DNA from: Eledone cirrhosa
Taxonomy: Eukaryota
Direction of reading: 5' to 3'
Assembly (NCBI GenBank): GCA_964016885.1
Contig: OZ024750.1
Coordinates: 16,244,001 to 16,308,000 of the forward strand
DNA length: 64,000 bases
Both the position numbers and the translations under genes were made by a program. Positions 15,342 through 30,504 of this stretch are shown here, in pieces; position 1 is the first letter of the stretch; the number at the start of each line of letters is the position of its first letter. The notes below the pieces were generated by a model, which did not search any database, had not been told where the DNA came from, and saw only the letters and a list, made by a program, of their open reading frames with translations.

Positions 15342-15829
15342 AATATATATGTGTATGTATGTATGTATGTATGTATGTATGTATGTATGTACAGTGAACT
15401 TCTTCGCCAGACATGAATGAAGCAAAGTATATAGTACATCTCAAGTGGTTGTCGTTTTGTCTTTGACTATAGTGCCGGACTAAACGTACTTGACATTTTA
15501 AACGGAAGAATCTTTGGAAAGGTCAAACTTCATCAAATAACATTTGTCAGTGACCAATGTTTCCACAACAAATTCTCCATGACATTCTCGCCTGTCAATG
15601 GATAGGAATAACGTCATCTGGTTACATAAGTCTTATTTATATATTATTTAGGCGGTGAAATGGCAGTTCGTTAGGACGTTGAGTAATACCGCAGCCACAA
15701 TCAAACAATGTTGCTTTCAATTTGTGGGATTTTTTTGGCGTATCTTCTCATTACATATTTTCCAATCAAAGCAATAAGAATACGCGTGTATATGAATATA
15801 TATCGGGTGCCTCTGACAATAAAAATAAT

Positions 15830-16445
15830 AATTGTTTCTACTTTTGGCACAAGGCCAGCAATTATTCCAGTGCATTACTGGTGCTTTATTTTATCGACCC
15901 CTTAAGGATGAAAGGCAAAGTTAACCTCGGCTGGATCTGAACTCAGATCGCAAAGGGACGTAACTCTATGCTGCAAAGCATGACATCCGGCTCTCCACCT
16001 ACCGACACTGCCAACCCACCGCCTTTGCCTCTGACAATAATGGTTTCTTATATAGGCACATGGCCAGCAATTTTGGGGGACTGGAAAGTCGATTAAATCG
16101 ACCCCAGTACATTACTGGTACTTTATTTTATCGACCCCGTAAGAATGAAAGGCAAAGTTAACCTCGGTGGGAGTTGAACATAAAGAGGCATAACTCTATG
16201 CTGCAAAACATGGTGTCTGACGCTCTACCGATGATTTCTACTATAGGCACAAGGCCAGCATTTTTAGGGTAGGGGCCAGTCAATTCAATCGACCCCAGTG
16301 GATTACTGGTGCTTTATTTATCAACCCCGTGAGGATGAAAGGCAAAGCAAATCTCGGCGGGATTTGAACTCAGAACATAAAGGGCCGTAACTCTATAACG
16401 CGAAGCATAGTGTCTGATGCTCTACCGATACTGCCAATCCATCCT
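15830..16445 (-). mobile_element. Three tandem tRNA-derived SINEs (dominant family)
   Basis: Reverse complement shows A-box tggcagtatcggtag, B-box gttcaaatcc and core gcctttcatccttacggggtcgataaa. Confidence 0.88.
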
Positions 16446-16651
16446 CCACATGTGGTTGATCTCTATTTCTAGGACTTTATACTTTGACAGTGTTTCTATC
16501 GATTTACAGATGTATTCTTGACAGCTGGTACTGTAATATCTATCAGGCTACATGTCTTATCTGTTTATTTGGGTTTTTTGTTTGTGATATCTGGTCTGTT
16601 GGCAGCAATTTCTCGGTCAGTTTTCACAGGCTTATCCTGGATATGTTACCA

Positions 16652-17690
16652 TGATCAGAAACTGTTTGCTAAAACTGAGAAGGCACTAAACCAGCGGTCA
16701 TCAACCTTTCGGACCTCATGGACCACTAAATCCTGTGGACCACTAATAAGAATTAAAAAAAAAAGATAAATACATTTGTAAAATAATTGTTTCTACATTT
16801 GGCACAAGGCCAGCAATTACCCAGTGTATTACTGGTACTTTATTTTATCGACCCCTTAAGGATGAAAGGCAAAGTTAACCTCGGCAGGATTTGAACTCAG
16901 AATGGCAAGGACCGTAACTCTATATTTTATAAAACAATACTGAAGCGTACGTGTGTCATATTGTCGATAGATGATAAATATGTGTAAAATTATTTCATGG
17001 GTGTTAGTTCTTTACTGAGGAGAAACACTTTTTAGGGGTTTCGTAAAATATATTTTAACTAAATATTATTTTTGTTTTATTATTAATAAAACACAAAAAT
17101 TGCAAATAATGTGCAAATTTTTCTGCGGATAACCAAAGTTTTCTCTCGGACCACGAGTTGGCGACCGCTGCACTAGGCTAATTAGTCAAAACGGTAAAAT
17201 TAGTGAGCTATGATATAGGAATGCAATTTGGAATAAATAAATGTGCAAGGCTAATACTTAAGGGAGGGAAAATAATAACGTGTAAAGGTACAGAGCTACC
17301 TGAGGATACAGTGATCAATGTGATGAGGGGAGTGAAAGTTCCACGTACCCAGAGGCAGATAAAATACTGTGTGAAGAGATGAAAGAAAAAGTGAGGAAAT
17401 AATATTTTAGGAGAATAAAGAAATTAAAAACTTAATTGAGGAAAAAGTATCGCAGCAATTAATTAATACCTGGACAGTATCTCTATTGAGGTACTCTGCT
17501 GTATTCTTGAATTGGTAAAGAGGAAAACAGAAACAGACTGACAGAAAAGACTATGACGATGTAGAGAGGATTGCATCCAAGAGATGGTCTCATAGATTAT
17601 ATCAGCTATATCTACCAAGGAAAAAGTAGAGTTAATTCCCTTAGAAGATTGGATTTATGTGGTAGAATGTAACCCAGAGAAATATGTGAT
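16652..17690 (+). mobile_element. Degenerate R4/Dong-like LINE RT fragment interrupted by a hAT MITE
   Basis: DQKLFAKTEKAL / DIGMQFGINKCARLILKGGK...INTWTVSLLRYSA...GLHPR. Confidence 0.8.
16692..17170. mobile_element. hAT-type MITE containing a SINE (16785-16921)
   Basis: TIRs cagcggtcatcaac / gttggcgaccgctg; 8-bp TSD cactaaac / cactaggc. Confidence 0.8.
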
Positions 17691-18479
17691 GAAAGTTCAG
17701 AAAGAGTCATATCTGCAGCAACAGGGGGCCCTGTGAAGTGTAAGGACGGGAATGGGGAAGGAATAGTGAAAAAAGGTAGAATCTGTGAAGGATAATGAGC
17801 AAAGAACGGTGATAAATAGTAAAGAAAGAACATGAAAATAGATGTGGATTGAGGGCAACATATAGAGAGTCGCAACAGAGTCTACAGGCAACTGATTGGC
17901 ATCAGGCTGGTTACAGACTGGCAACGGGCTGGTAACAGTCCAAAGACTTTAGGTTAGAAACAAGCAAAAGACTTTAGGTTAGAAACAAAGGACAGAAAAG
18001 CATCAGGTAGATATCGTGCAATAAACAACCCCATATACCAGAAACTGGAAGAAGAGTGTCAGAATATATCAAATAAATATACAGCAGATAAGTAATGGAC
18101 AGGCGATATCAGACAACAGACTAACAACAAGCATAAAATATCAGATAAATAGACAATAAATGTCACATGATACCAATAGGTAGATGATATCAGCACACAT
18201 ACAATAGACAAATAGTAATAGAGGATATCAAGTAATAAGCAACAATAGACAAGCCATCGGGATAAGATATCATATGATAATTAGGCAGTAAGAGTCAAGC
18301 AGCAGGCAAAAGATAGATGATATTTACAATATGCAGAAGATATAGTAACGACGGGAAAAATGTCAGAAAATATCAGTAATCAGAAAACAGACACACAACA
18401 GGGAGCTTGTATCGGATGATAAACAGCAACTGGTAGATGATATCAGACAACCCCTCCCCCCACAAAAAAAACAACACAT

Positions 18480-18900
18480 ATATAAGTTAGTATATATCAG
18501 ATGATACACAGACAATATACTGACAACTGATAGAAGATATCAGATAAATAAACGGCCGATATGTAAGTCAGTATATATCAAATGATAAACAAATAATATA
18601 TTAACAACTGATATAGAAGATATCACACAAAAAACAACAGATATGTAAGTTAGTATATATCAGATGATAAACAGACAATATACTGACAACTGACAGAAGA
18701 TATCAGATAAATAAACGGCCGATATGTAAGTCAGTATATATCAAATGATAAACAAATAATATATTAACAACTGATATAGAAGATATCACACAAAAAACAA
18801 CAGATATGTAAGTTAGTATATATCAGATGATAAACAGACAATATACTAACAACTGACAAGATATCAGATAAATAAACAGCAGATATGTACCAGGCGATAT
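18480..18900 (+). repeat. Tandem repeat of about 162 bp (dimer of about 81 bp) in a gatatcaga-rich degenerate array
   Basis: taagttagtatatatcagatgata at about 18483, 18645 and 18808. Confidence 0.85.
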
Positions 18901-19112
18901 CTGATAATAAACAGACGACAGCATACTAGCAACGAACAGAAAATGAGAAAATAGACAATATACTAGCGACAGGACGAATATATTAGAGAACAAATAACAG
19001 AGACAACAAACAGAAAATATCAGATATAAACATACAGTAGACTAGTAACAGGTAGATGATATCACTAAACAAAACAGCAACAGATAAATAACTGGCAGTC
19101 GATATTCTGTCC

Positions 19113-19480
19113 ACTGGGACCTCGAAGCGGACTACCCTTTAAACAAGTAAGCACTGAGACCACGAAGCAGACTAACCCATAAACAAGTAAGTACCGAGAC
19201 CACGAAGCAGACTAGCCCTTAAATAAGAAGTACTGAGCCCACGAAGCAGACTAACCCTTAAACAAGAAGCACTGAGACCACGAAGCAGACTAACCCTTAA
19301 ACAAATAAGCACTGAGACCACGAAGCAGACTAACCCATAAACAAGTAAGTACCGAGACCACGAAGCAGACTAGCCCTTAAATAAGAAGTACTGAGCCCAC
19401 GAAGCAGACTAACCCTTAAACAAGAAGCACTGAGACCACGAACACCGGGACCAACAAGCAAACCAACCCTTAAAGAAGTA
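19113..19480 (+). repeat. Minisatellite, 38-40 bp unit with higher-order structure
   Basis: Repeated gagaccacgaagcagactaacccttaaacaag. Confidence 0.9.
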
Positions 19481-20068
19481 AACACTCACCCCCACGTCAC
19501 TTATGCAACAAATTAAGCAACAAATTAATGTACTGGCTAATTTGATTTGTTATTCTCTTCACTGCACTTATCTTACGGGAGGTAAGAGATAACAGACTAA
19601 CAAGCAAAATATTGAAAATATCAGATAGCAATAGAGAGACGATATCACTAAACAGCAACAGACAAACAACTAGCTGCCGATATAAGATAAGAGATAACAA
19701 ACAACTAATAGTAACATATAGCAACAAGAAGATATCAGTTAGATACAACAACAGAGTAGCATGAGGAAGAATATCATACAAGAGATATTAAACAGTAATA
19801 TATGAATATATCGGGCAAGAAACTACAAGAGATATCAGGATATCCTGTAGATATAGACACAGCAGTATACTAGCACTAATAACATATATTTATCTGACGA
19901 AAACTGAGCAAATACAACATATATATATATATACAGTATATATTAATGCAATGAAATATCTATGATCTTCGGCAAATCACTGAAGAGGGACTTATTTTAT
20001 TACATGTTATCCATGTGCTACCTGCAGTATTTTTCTCTATATTTTAATATATATATATATATATATAT

Positions 20069-20208
20069 AACGAAGGAAATGTGGTAAGGAACCAGGTGGA
20101 CCATAACGCACCAAAGTACTCAATACTTGAGGTAGTAGAGTGGGTAATAGGAACCAGTAAGACCCCGACAGCTGAGCTCAAGCCGTTTCGACGGCTAATT
20201 CTGGACTA
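20069..20208 (-). mobile_element. Family B insert
   Basis: Near-identical to 14595-14729; (TA)n flanks. Confidence 0.85.
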
Positions 20209-20878
20209 AAAAAAAAATTTATATATATATATATATATATATAAATGTATGTATGTATGAATGTCTCTCTTTCTCTTAATTTCGAGTACATTTTTGCAGA
20301 GCCTCAAGAAAACACGTCCACACAGTTCGAGAGGATAAAAGAATGTTTCTTGTTCAATTATGAACACAAAACGCTGCTAAAACTCGAACTCATGACCTTA
20401 CGATCGTTAGGTAAACATCCCAACCACTACGGCACACGCCTTCACTGCTAATTACATGTTTACAACAATCCACACTTACAAATTACATAGGCTTACCTAT
20501 CAGGTAATCCTATGTCTACCTATCAGGTAATCTTGTGTTACCAATAAGCCGGAACCACACAGCTTCTACCAATCCAAAGAGTTTTCAAGATAATTATTAT
20601 TTTTTATTCCTAGTTGTGAGGAAGTGTTTATCAAAGAATAACAGAATATAGTGACGTCATCGACACTGTTATCTATGGAAAAGGATTAATACAGACCCAC
20701 CAGGTGTTGGTGATATGTGTGGTTATGGTGGTGATGGGTGTGTTTGAACGTGATTGACAGGCGAGAAGAAGTGTTACAGTCTTAAATATCTCCTTCTACC
20801 CCTACCGGATTTACATATGGGCTGAATGGATTGCAATCTAAACCCTCATTGTTCAGAGGGGTTCCCGTTCGCTTTTAA

Positions 20879-21167
20879 CCCTTTAGCATTTACATTACTC
20901 TATATATACTATTGTATTTTCATGGTAAAGGCTTTACCTCACATAATTATCTCACATTACTCTATATATACTATTGTATTTTCATTGTAAAGGCTTTACC
21001 TCACATAATTATCTCACATAATATCAAAGCTATGAAATTTTGATGTTATTTATTTTGAAAACAATACTTAAACATCATTATGAGTAACCAGTTACAGCTG
21101 GTTTGAGCAGAAAAAATGTGAGAGAACTTTGGCCGGTTATGGCAGGTTAGGTTTAAATGCTAAAGGG
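20879..21167. mobile_element. piggyBac-type MITE
   Basis: TTAA|ccctttagcattta ... taaatgctaaaggg|TTAA; internal tandem duplication of about 62 bp. Confidence 0.85.
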
Positions 21168-21579
21168 TTAAATATATAATAATAATAAATAAATAAATAA
21201 ATAAATATAGTTATACACTCTCCACACACATATTTAATGTAACTATTATCTGTATAGAACCCCCCCCCCCCCCCCATTTTTGGACATCCTTCACCAAATC
21301 TCGCATAAATCCGGGGTCGATTTAATCGATTTTCCCCACCACCTCCAAAATTGCTGGCCTTGTGCCTATGGTAGAAATCCTTATTTCAAACTATATCGAA
21401 TAGCAACGATAACCATTGGTAAATATCTTAACTAAATATCGTCATTTTATTAAATTACGTCACTTTAGATATAAACTATCTTGGAAAGAACTGACATTTC
21501 ACTTCGTCTTGATTTTTTTTTTCTTTCTTGTAGCAGTTAATATTTCACTTGTGGAGTCACTGATAGAGAATAGAGGGAG

Positions 21580-21640
<61 letters not shown>

Positions 21641-22445
21641 GAAGATAGAAAGGAAGGAAGAAGGAAAACAGATAAAGAATATATAAAAACTTAAGAAATT
21701 GCACGGTTTCTGGTGTATTGATATGCAGGTGTTAATACACACACATACGTACACACACATACGTACACACACATACGTACACACGCATACGTACACACAC
21801 AAACCTACACACACATACGTACACACACATACGTACACACGCATACGTACACACATATACGTACATACACATACGTACACACAAACCTATGCACACATAC
21901 ATCCACACATATGTAAATGAGTCTAGAATACTCTTTGCTTTTCTTAAGACTTCATTTCTGAAGCAATGACAAAAGAAATTCTCAGCGCGTCTGTGTCCAT
22001 GAGAAAGCCATTTGCAAATTGACGAAAGAGCCTTTGACGTTTAGAGAAGAAGAGTTCCACAACAAAGGGAGATAAGGGGGTGAGCGCGTACGAGTTGTAT
22101 TCCTCTAATATGCAATACATGCAAGTACTATATCTCTCTCTTCCTCTCTTACTCTCCCCCGCTCTCACTCGACAATTGTTTCGGAGGTTTTGCTCCTTAT
22201 CGAGACTGTGTATTCTAATCAGCCGATGTATACATTTGAAAATACTATGTATTCTCAGCATTTCCAGTAAAATCTCCGAAACAATAGTCGATTGTTTTCT
22301 CTCAGTTACCGCTGGAACAAAGGGATGGTGCTGGTCATATAACACATGGTGTTATGAGGCTGTTTGCTTGCAAACAAACCGATTTTTAATAATCTTATAA
22401 TCTTATAATATTATTGTCATTCACTCACAAATATACATATGTACA

Positions 22446-22486
<41 letters not shown>

Positions 22487-22495
22487 GAATAAAAT

Positions 22496-22643
22496 TAGTT
22501 TAGTGTTTCTGAGGAGAACGGCCGATTGAACAGGGATTTCGAGACTAGAAATAGGTAGTAACTTAACCACTATCATGCTAGTCGATACATCGCTCTCAAT
22601 CAATCAATCGACCCTTTGAAACGATCGTAAAACAATTAACTAA
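22496..22643 (+). ncRNA. Type I hammerhead with an extended stem II of about 100 nt, between (TA)n tracts
   Basis: tgttt-CTGAGGA-gaacggccgattga...tcaatcgacccttt-GAAA-cgatcg-TA-aaaca. Confidence 0.8.
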
Positions 22644-22675
22644 CTCTCTACATATACCTGACTTCTGTTTTATTG

Positions 22676-22707
<32 letters not shown>

Positions 22708-22764
22708 CACACATATATATATGTGTGTGTACATTCTATCTGATTAGCTTCGTTTCATTAATAG

Positions 22765-22843
<79 letters not shown>

Positions 22844-23294
22844 CACACACATATATGCATATACATACATAAACACACACAAGCATGAGAACATATAATC
22901 CCACACACGCACGTGTATATAATCTTGGAGTGAAGTGTACATGTTTAAAACAAATCATTATCATCTGTAGATATGATGGGAAAACCTACATATGGGCAGA
23001 CGATAGCAAAAAAAAAAAAAAAAAAATGCTCATTTGTTACAAATTGATAGACAACAGCTGTATCAATGTGTGGTTTAGTGGATACGGTGTACTATGTTAC
23101 GTTGTGGTATTGAGCAAGATACTTTATTCTACGTTGTTCCACTCAGCTGGATGAGTTACACTTATATTTTAAAGAGCCATCCTCGTCAAACTCATGAGTG
23201 GCCTTGTTCAAATATCATTTACCATAACTTCCGGTTGGTCTGAGCCCTGTGGATGAAATTGTGTAAAGGGAACTATTTAGAAGACTGTCGAATG

Positions 23295-23760
23295 ACCGGT
23301 ACCTATGATACAAAAGACCGTCTTTGCCTCATGCTATGCCGCTGAATCTCCCTGAGAAGACCGGTACATATGATGTAAAAGACCAGCTGAATCTCCCTGA
23401 GAAAAATTGTACCTATGATGCAAAAGATCAGCCTTGCCTCACGTCATGTCACGACGAATCTCCCTGAGAAAGCCGGTACATATGATGCAAAAGACCAGCC
23501 TTGCTTCACGCCATGTTACGCTGAATCTCCCTGAGAAGGCCGGAACCTATGATGCAAAAGACCAGCTGAATCTCCCTGAGAAAAATGGTACCTATGATGC
23601 AAAAGACCAGCCTTGCCTCACGCCATGTCACCCTAAATCTCCCTGAGAAAAATGGTACCTATGATGCAAAAGCCCACCCCTGCCTCACGTTATGTTACGC
23701 TGAATCTCCACGAGAAAGCCGGTACCTATGATGCAAAAGACCAGCTGAATCTCCCTGAGA
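23295..23760 (+). repeat. Minisatellite derived from an internal SINE segment (units of about 43 and 65 bp)
   Basis: Repeated ctgaatctccctgaga...ggtacctatgatgcaaaagaccagc. Confidence 0.85.
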
Positions 23761-25398
23761 AATACATTAAGGGTACAGGCGTCTGTGGAATGGTTAGTCA
23801 CGTTGAATAGAATGGAATATTACTCCGTCTGTTTCGACGGTAAGTGTTCCAGTTGCTCGATTAATGGAACTGCCAGGTCATGAAATTGACATGCAAACGG
23901 CTGACCATTCCACTGGCACGTGTACATTTAACGTAATTCCAAGACAAAATGCATGCGCATGCGCAGTCCATCTTTTGATATAATTGTTTCTACAATTGGC
24001 ACAAGGCCAGCAATTACCTTAGTGCATTACTGGTGCTTTATTTTATCGACCCCGTCAGGATAAGTTAACCAAAGGCAAAGTTAACCTCGGCTGGATTTGA
24101 ACTCAGAACGTAAAGGGCCATAACTCTATGCTGAAAAGCATGCTGTCTGACCCGCTACCGATACTGCCAATCCACATCAGCTTTTGATATAATGCAAGTA
24201 GCTGACGATTGCAAAAACATGTGAACCCTTAATATAATCCTAAGGAAGATTCTGCATAGATGTGGCTGAATGGTTAAGAAATTCGCTTGGCAATCATTAG
24301 GTCTGGGGTTTGAGGTCACTGAGTGCCATTTAGGTAAGTGGGTTTACCATGGCCTGGGATAGACGCAAGCATTATGAGTAAATTGGGTAGACGAAAATTG
24401 TGTGGAAGTCCATTAGATGGATTGCCCTAGTAATTCAAATGCCCAGCCTTGTTTCATATTGTGTCACGCTAAATCTGCCCGAGAATTACGTTAAAGGTAC
24501 ACTTGTCTGCAGAATACTCAACCACTTACTCTATAATACAAGATGGACTGTTCCAATAATTCAAAGGTTTAGCCATATCATATATTGTATTACGTTGATT
24601 CGAACTGAGAATTACATTAAAGTTACACGTGTCTGTGGAATATTTAGCGACTTACACTACAATATATGATGGACTGTTCCAAAGGCCCAACATTACCCTA
24701 TACTGTGATTATGAATCGAACTTCGTGACTGTCATCATGTTGCGTCCATGCCTTAAATTTCACATAGCATGCAATTTTCGGGAGAAGGGGAAAATCAAGG
24801 AAAGTGACCCTATTATTTGATCCTGGAAGTATGAAGGATAAAGTTGACCTTACTGGGACTTGAACTCGTAACGTAAAGGACCGAAACAAATAGCGCAAAG
24901 TATTTTGACCACCATTCTAACAAATCTGCTACTCCAGCACATAACGATAATTCTTCGGACACATTCTCAGCATCTTGTCTCACACCATCCCACACCGACC
25001 TCCATTACCGTTTTGCTTAACTCAGAAATCATTATACCTTATAGCAAGTACAAGCAGTTAATTTGGCCTCTTCTTTCATTTCCTCTTCAAAAGACACCTA
25101 TGTAAATATACTTCCCCTCAAAACAAACCAAGAGAAACTGAAAACATAAATTTCGTGCGTCATTCAACTTAATATTTCCTTGGTCGTCTGCCGGCTTCCA
25201 TTTTTTTTTTCTTTTAATCTTTTATTTGCTTCCTTTACGTCTCATATTATATTTATTTAATTATTATTTACTGCTTTCACTGGGTAAACTGACTAGGAAT
25301 TCTATTGGCTGGTTGTTATATGGATAGTGGAGTACTTTCAGATTATCTTACACGGCAATAAATCACCACTTGAATATGTGTGTGTATATGCAGGCATA

Positions 25399-25452
<54 letters not shown>

Positions 25453-25599
25453 AATACACAAATACATACATACACACACACATATATATATACATAAATA
25501 TATATATATATACATTTATTTATGTATCATATATATATTTGTATATATACATATATATACATATATTTATGTATGATATATATATATGTGTATACATAC

Positions 25600-25632
<33 letters not shown>

Positions 25633-25644
25633 CATATATATAAA

Positions 25645-25745
25645 AGTGTCTTGCTCAAGGAAACAACACATCATCCGGTCTGAGAATTGAACTCACAACC
25701 TTTCGATTGCAAGGCCAATGCTCTAGCCACTAGGCCATGTGCCTC
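25645..25745 (-). mobile_element. tRNA-derived SINE head with ccttgagcaagacact box; also at about 9960-10065, 20310-20445, 54725-54900
   Basis: A/B-box-like motifs and the shared box. Confidence 0.6.
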
Positions 25746-25766
25746 TATATCTTCGACAACCCTGAA

Positions 25767-25880
<114 letters not shown>

Positions 25881-26273
25881 GTATAACATACGTTGGTAGA
25901 AAACTGTAGATGAAAGATCAAGGAAAAGAGTGCTCGATGTGTTGAGAGAGATTTTTATATTAGTTTATACACAGTTTCATACACTTAACATGTATGTGTT
26001 ACCAATGGTTTTAGTAAAACATTCCAAAAATTCTGCATGTATTAATTGGATGTAGAAGTACAGATTCAAAGCATATGCATACATATAACTAAAAACATCC
26101 ACATCCACACATACAATAACATCCATACCTGTTCACTCACATATGCATGCATACACGCATACTTACCTACCTATGTGGTGTTGTCTAAATTCCAATGAAA
26201 GAGTCTTGTGTCTATGTTAGAAACTGACTCTCTATTGGTAAAAATGTATAAAATTATGAAACCACAAGAAAAT

Positions 26274-26305
<32 letters not shown>

Positions 26306-26392
26306 TATATACATATCATATTTATATATACATACATATTTATATACACACACACACATATACGTTTATATGTACATTTACATATATATATG

Positions 26393-26426
<34 letters not shown>

Positions 26427-26641
26427 TATACATACAATTACGCGTATACATAAACACACGTGCAAATGCACACGCATATATGTAGTTGTTGAATAATTAA
26501 ATTGGTGTTCCTAATTGGACAACTAATACGGTATTATATGAAATTATGTTAGGTCTGAGTAACGGTAATTAGACCTCTCATTAGTTAATTAAACAACTCA
26601 TTATCCTATACACATATATTTACATATGTATACACACACAT

Positions 26642-26706
<65 letters not shown>

Positions 26707-26966
26707 TTGGCGGACTGGCTCTAAAAATATTGGTTGCCAGAAGACAAAGGGGTCCACCAACAACTACAATACTATTATTTAATTTTTATATCGAATAAAC
26801 AAAAATAATGTTTAAATCCTTTCTATTTGTGTGTTTGTAATTGACCGTAAAATTGTTAAGTAAAAATACGGATTATAGAATATATTAAGAATTTCTTACC
26901 TTCTCCAATAAAAAAAAATTTGTGAAATATACACATCCACAAAATACCTTCGGCCTTTCACAATCA

Positions 26967-27032
<66 letters not shown>

Positions 27033-27216
27033 GAACGAGTAGGACCCCGACGGCTGAGCTCAAGCCGTTTCGACGGCTAATTCTGGACTTAGCCGTCGAA
27101 ACGGCTTGAGCTCAGCCGTCGGGGTCCTACTCGTTCCTATTACCCACTCTACTACCCTAAGTATTGAGTACTTTGGTGCGTTATGGTCCACCTGGTTCCT
27201 TACCACATTTCCTCCG

Positions 27217-27218
<2 letters not shown>
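27033..27218. mobile_element. Family B insert with inverted arm
   Basis: Hairpin 27033-27136 with loop ttctggac; tail to 27218. Confidence 0.85.
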
Positions 27219-27254
<36 letters not shown>

Positions 27255-27389
27255 TATAAGGATAAGCAACAACGATTCAGTGTTGCATTATAACATATTT
27301 AATAACATATTACATATGTTTCACTATCGATCAGATTACATTGAGTGCTATCTACGGTACGGACCCTACCACAAAGTGTAGACCACATT

Positions 27390-27482
<93 letters not shown>

Positions 27483-27486
<4 letters not shown>

Positions 27487-27616
27487 AACCAGGTGGACCA
27501 TAACGCACCAGAGTACTCGATATTTAGGGTAGTAGAGTCGGTAATAGGAAAAGAGTTCAGACCTAGCTGTCGAAACGGCCGGAACTCAACCGTCGGGGTC
27601 CTGACTATTTTCTTAT
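27483..27616. mobile_element. Family B insert (diverged) with 5' inversion and minimal overlap
   Basis: Antisense tail 27483-27550, then the sense HHR 3' half 27551-27616. Confidence 0.8.
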
Positions 27617-27872
27617 ATATATATATATTACACATACCCACACACACATACATACATATGGTGTTAAGATTAAAATGCCATCAATTAGGTTAGTGGGTCA
27701 GACGCTAACTAGCATTTAAAGCTACTCGGTTCAATTGCATTAGGCACAATGACGTCATCAAGCCTAACATGTCCATGCTTCAGTTTCTCCAGCTGTTATT
27801 CATGAGTCGGGATCTTTCTTTGTTTCGTGTACGTGAGTCAGTATGTACGTGTATATCTATCTTTCTACATAT

Positions 27873-28412
27873 ATATATTATGAAGAAGAACAAAACGAGG
27901 TTTCACATGAGTTTTTCTTGATTAGGATCAGTTAGGAATTTCACAGATGGGTTACTCAGGATCCATATTTCTGTTATAGATTCAACTCCAGCCCCAATCT
28001 GCTCACCAGACTTGTTAATCAAGCAAAATCAGAATCTCGTGAGAGTAGATTGGTCTGGAGTCGGATCTATAATCAGGACCTCCAAGAGGACAATTTTGCA
28101 AGGCGGTACAAGCCTTTTCTGTGGGCTCGAAGCAGACAAAATATTTTCTCAAAATGGATGTTGCATGGTTGCTCTGGGCCTTCGTAGATCTTGGGCCCGG
28201 AACAAAGTACCCTCCTCTCATAGACCCTGTCTATAATGCAAATATGGATCCTGACTCACCCATTTGTGAGACGTTCGTAACTGAGCCAAATCAATAAAAA
28301 CCTCACGTGAAGACTCGTTTTGTTCTTCTTAATGTATACACTCTGCTATAGCATAGAATACTAATATTGGTTCCTTCCTCAGTAAATCACAAATCTACTG
28401 AATCATTTAACC
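27873..28412. mobile_element. Old, diverged fold-back insert with tail (arms about 27873-27978 and 28231-28338)
   Basis: Imperfect inverted repeat; the reverse complement of its spacer is homologous to 1975-2130. Confidence 0.65.
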
Positions 28413-28415
28413 CCT

Positions 28416-28454
<39 letters not shown>

Positions 28455-28596
28455 ATATATATATATATAGCCACGGAGCTGTGCCTCCGAGATGGTCCAG
28501 GTTTGCTATATAACCTGAAAGTTATTTTCGTTGCTTCGGTGTTGTGGCTAGGCTTGCCTGCCGCAGTTTTCAATTTGTTCTGCTATCTAACATATG

Positions 28597-28775
28597 TATC
28601 GGTAGAGGGTCAGCAGACACCATGCTTTGATGCATAGAGTTACGGCCCTTGCCATTCTGAGTTCAAATCCCGCCGAGGTTAACTTTGCCTTTCATCCTTA
28701 CGGGGTCGATGAAATAAAGTACCAGTAATGTACTGGGTATATGCTGGCCTTGTGCCAATAGTAGAAACGGTTATT
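28597..28775 (+). mobile_element. SINE, dominant family; other plus-strand copies at about 45138-45312, 45878-46065, and diverged copies at 12868-12990 and 49460-49610
   Basis: Same consensus. Confidence 0.85.
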
Positions 28776-29280
28776 ACGCTGAGCACAGCTCATCGAGTGC
28801 TTGGCTGCATAATTCCTGATTGTATTTCGTTAGCTTGGCTACAGCCGAAACTAAAATTTTACTAAACTTCCCTTTGTATATATATAATATATGTATATAC
28901 AAATTTTAGTACAGCATTAACGAAGCTTTAGGCTGCGGCTAAGCTAACGAATGCAAATTCGGAATGTAGCTTTAGCACTCGATGGAGAATAATACCCCAG
29001 AGTAATAACAATACGTTTAGACAGCTTTGCAAATCAAATATAGCGTTCGGCAGTCCAGCCGCATTGCCATAGCAACGAAAAAGACTGGACTCAGGAAAAG
29101 ATTTTTGACTCACCTGGACCATCACGCGGAGATCGAAGGCAATACATAATGCATATCGTATAGCATACGATATACATCACATATAACATACAACATCCAC
29201 GCTAGGTTTCTGTAAATCCGAGATCGACTAATTCCGATTGCAGGGGTCTGCAAGTTTATATATATATATATATATATATA

Positions 29281-29994
<714 letters not shown>

Positions 29995-30189
29995 TAAGTT
30001 AAAACAATGAAATAAAAAATCAAGTCATTAGAAACATACTTCACTGTCTCACATACTTTCATTGTTTTAACTTATATCATGACTGTTTTCCTTTTAATGT
30101 TTTATTGTTTTCCGGGATTTATTTTAACCTACAACATTTTCAACATATGGATTACATTGAGTTCTTCTCTTCATGCAGACTAGACCCCA

Positions 30190-30504
30190 TATATTAAGAC
30201 AGGGGGGAAGAAAAAAATGGCTTCACTTGTGCTTTCAACAAATTTATTTTCTTCACAAAATCCATAAATAATTTTTTTCCGGATTAGAAAAAATTTTCTC
30301 AAAAAATTTTCTCAAAATTTTTTTTTATTTTTCTAATTAAGTTGTTACAACTTAATTTATAAAAAAAAAAAAAAAAAAAAAAAAATTTTTTTTAAGAAAA
30401 TTTTTTCTAATCCGGAAAAAAATTATTTTTGGATTTTGTGAAGAAAATAAATTTGTTGAAAGTACAAGTGAAGCCATTTTTTTCTTCCCCCCTGTCTTAA
30501 TATA
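30190..30504. mobile_element. Almost fully palindromic fold-back MITE with TTAA-containing ends, nested in a PLE-type insert (about 29994-30538)
   Basis: tatattaagacagggggg ... ccccccgtcttaa-type ends (cctgtcttaatata) with long inverted arms of about 115 bp or more. Confidence 0.8.

Noticed and set aside
19113-19480. CRISPR-like regular repeats (also 51468-51815)
   Set aside because: No unique spacers, no cas genes, eukaryotic context; these are minisatellites.
21944-22400. Overlapping 133-aa and 106-aa ORFs in unique sequence (also 49957-50196)
   Set aside because: No recognisable motifs or splice support.
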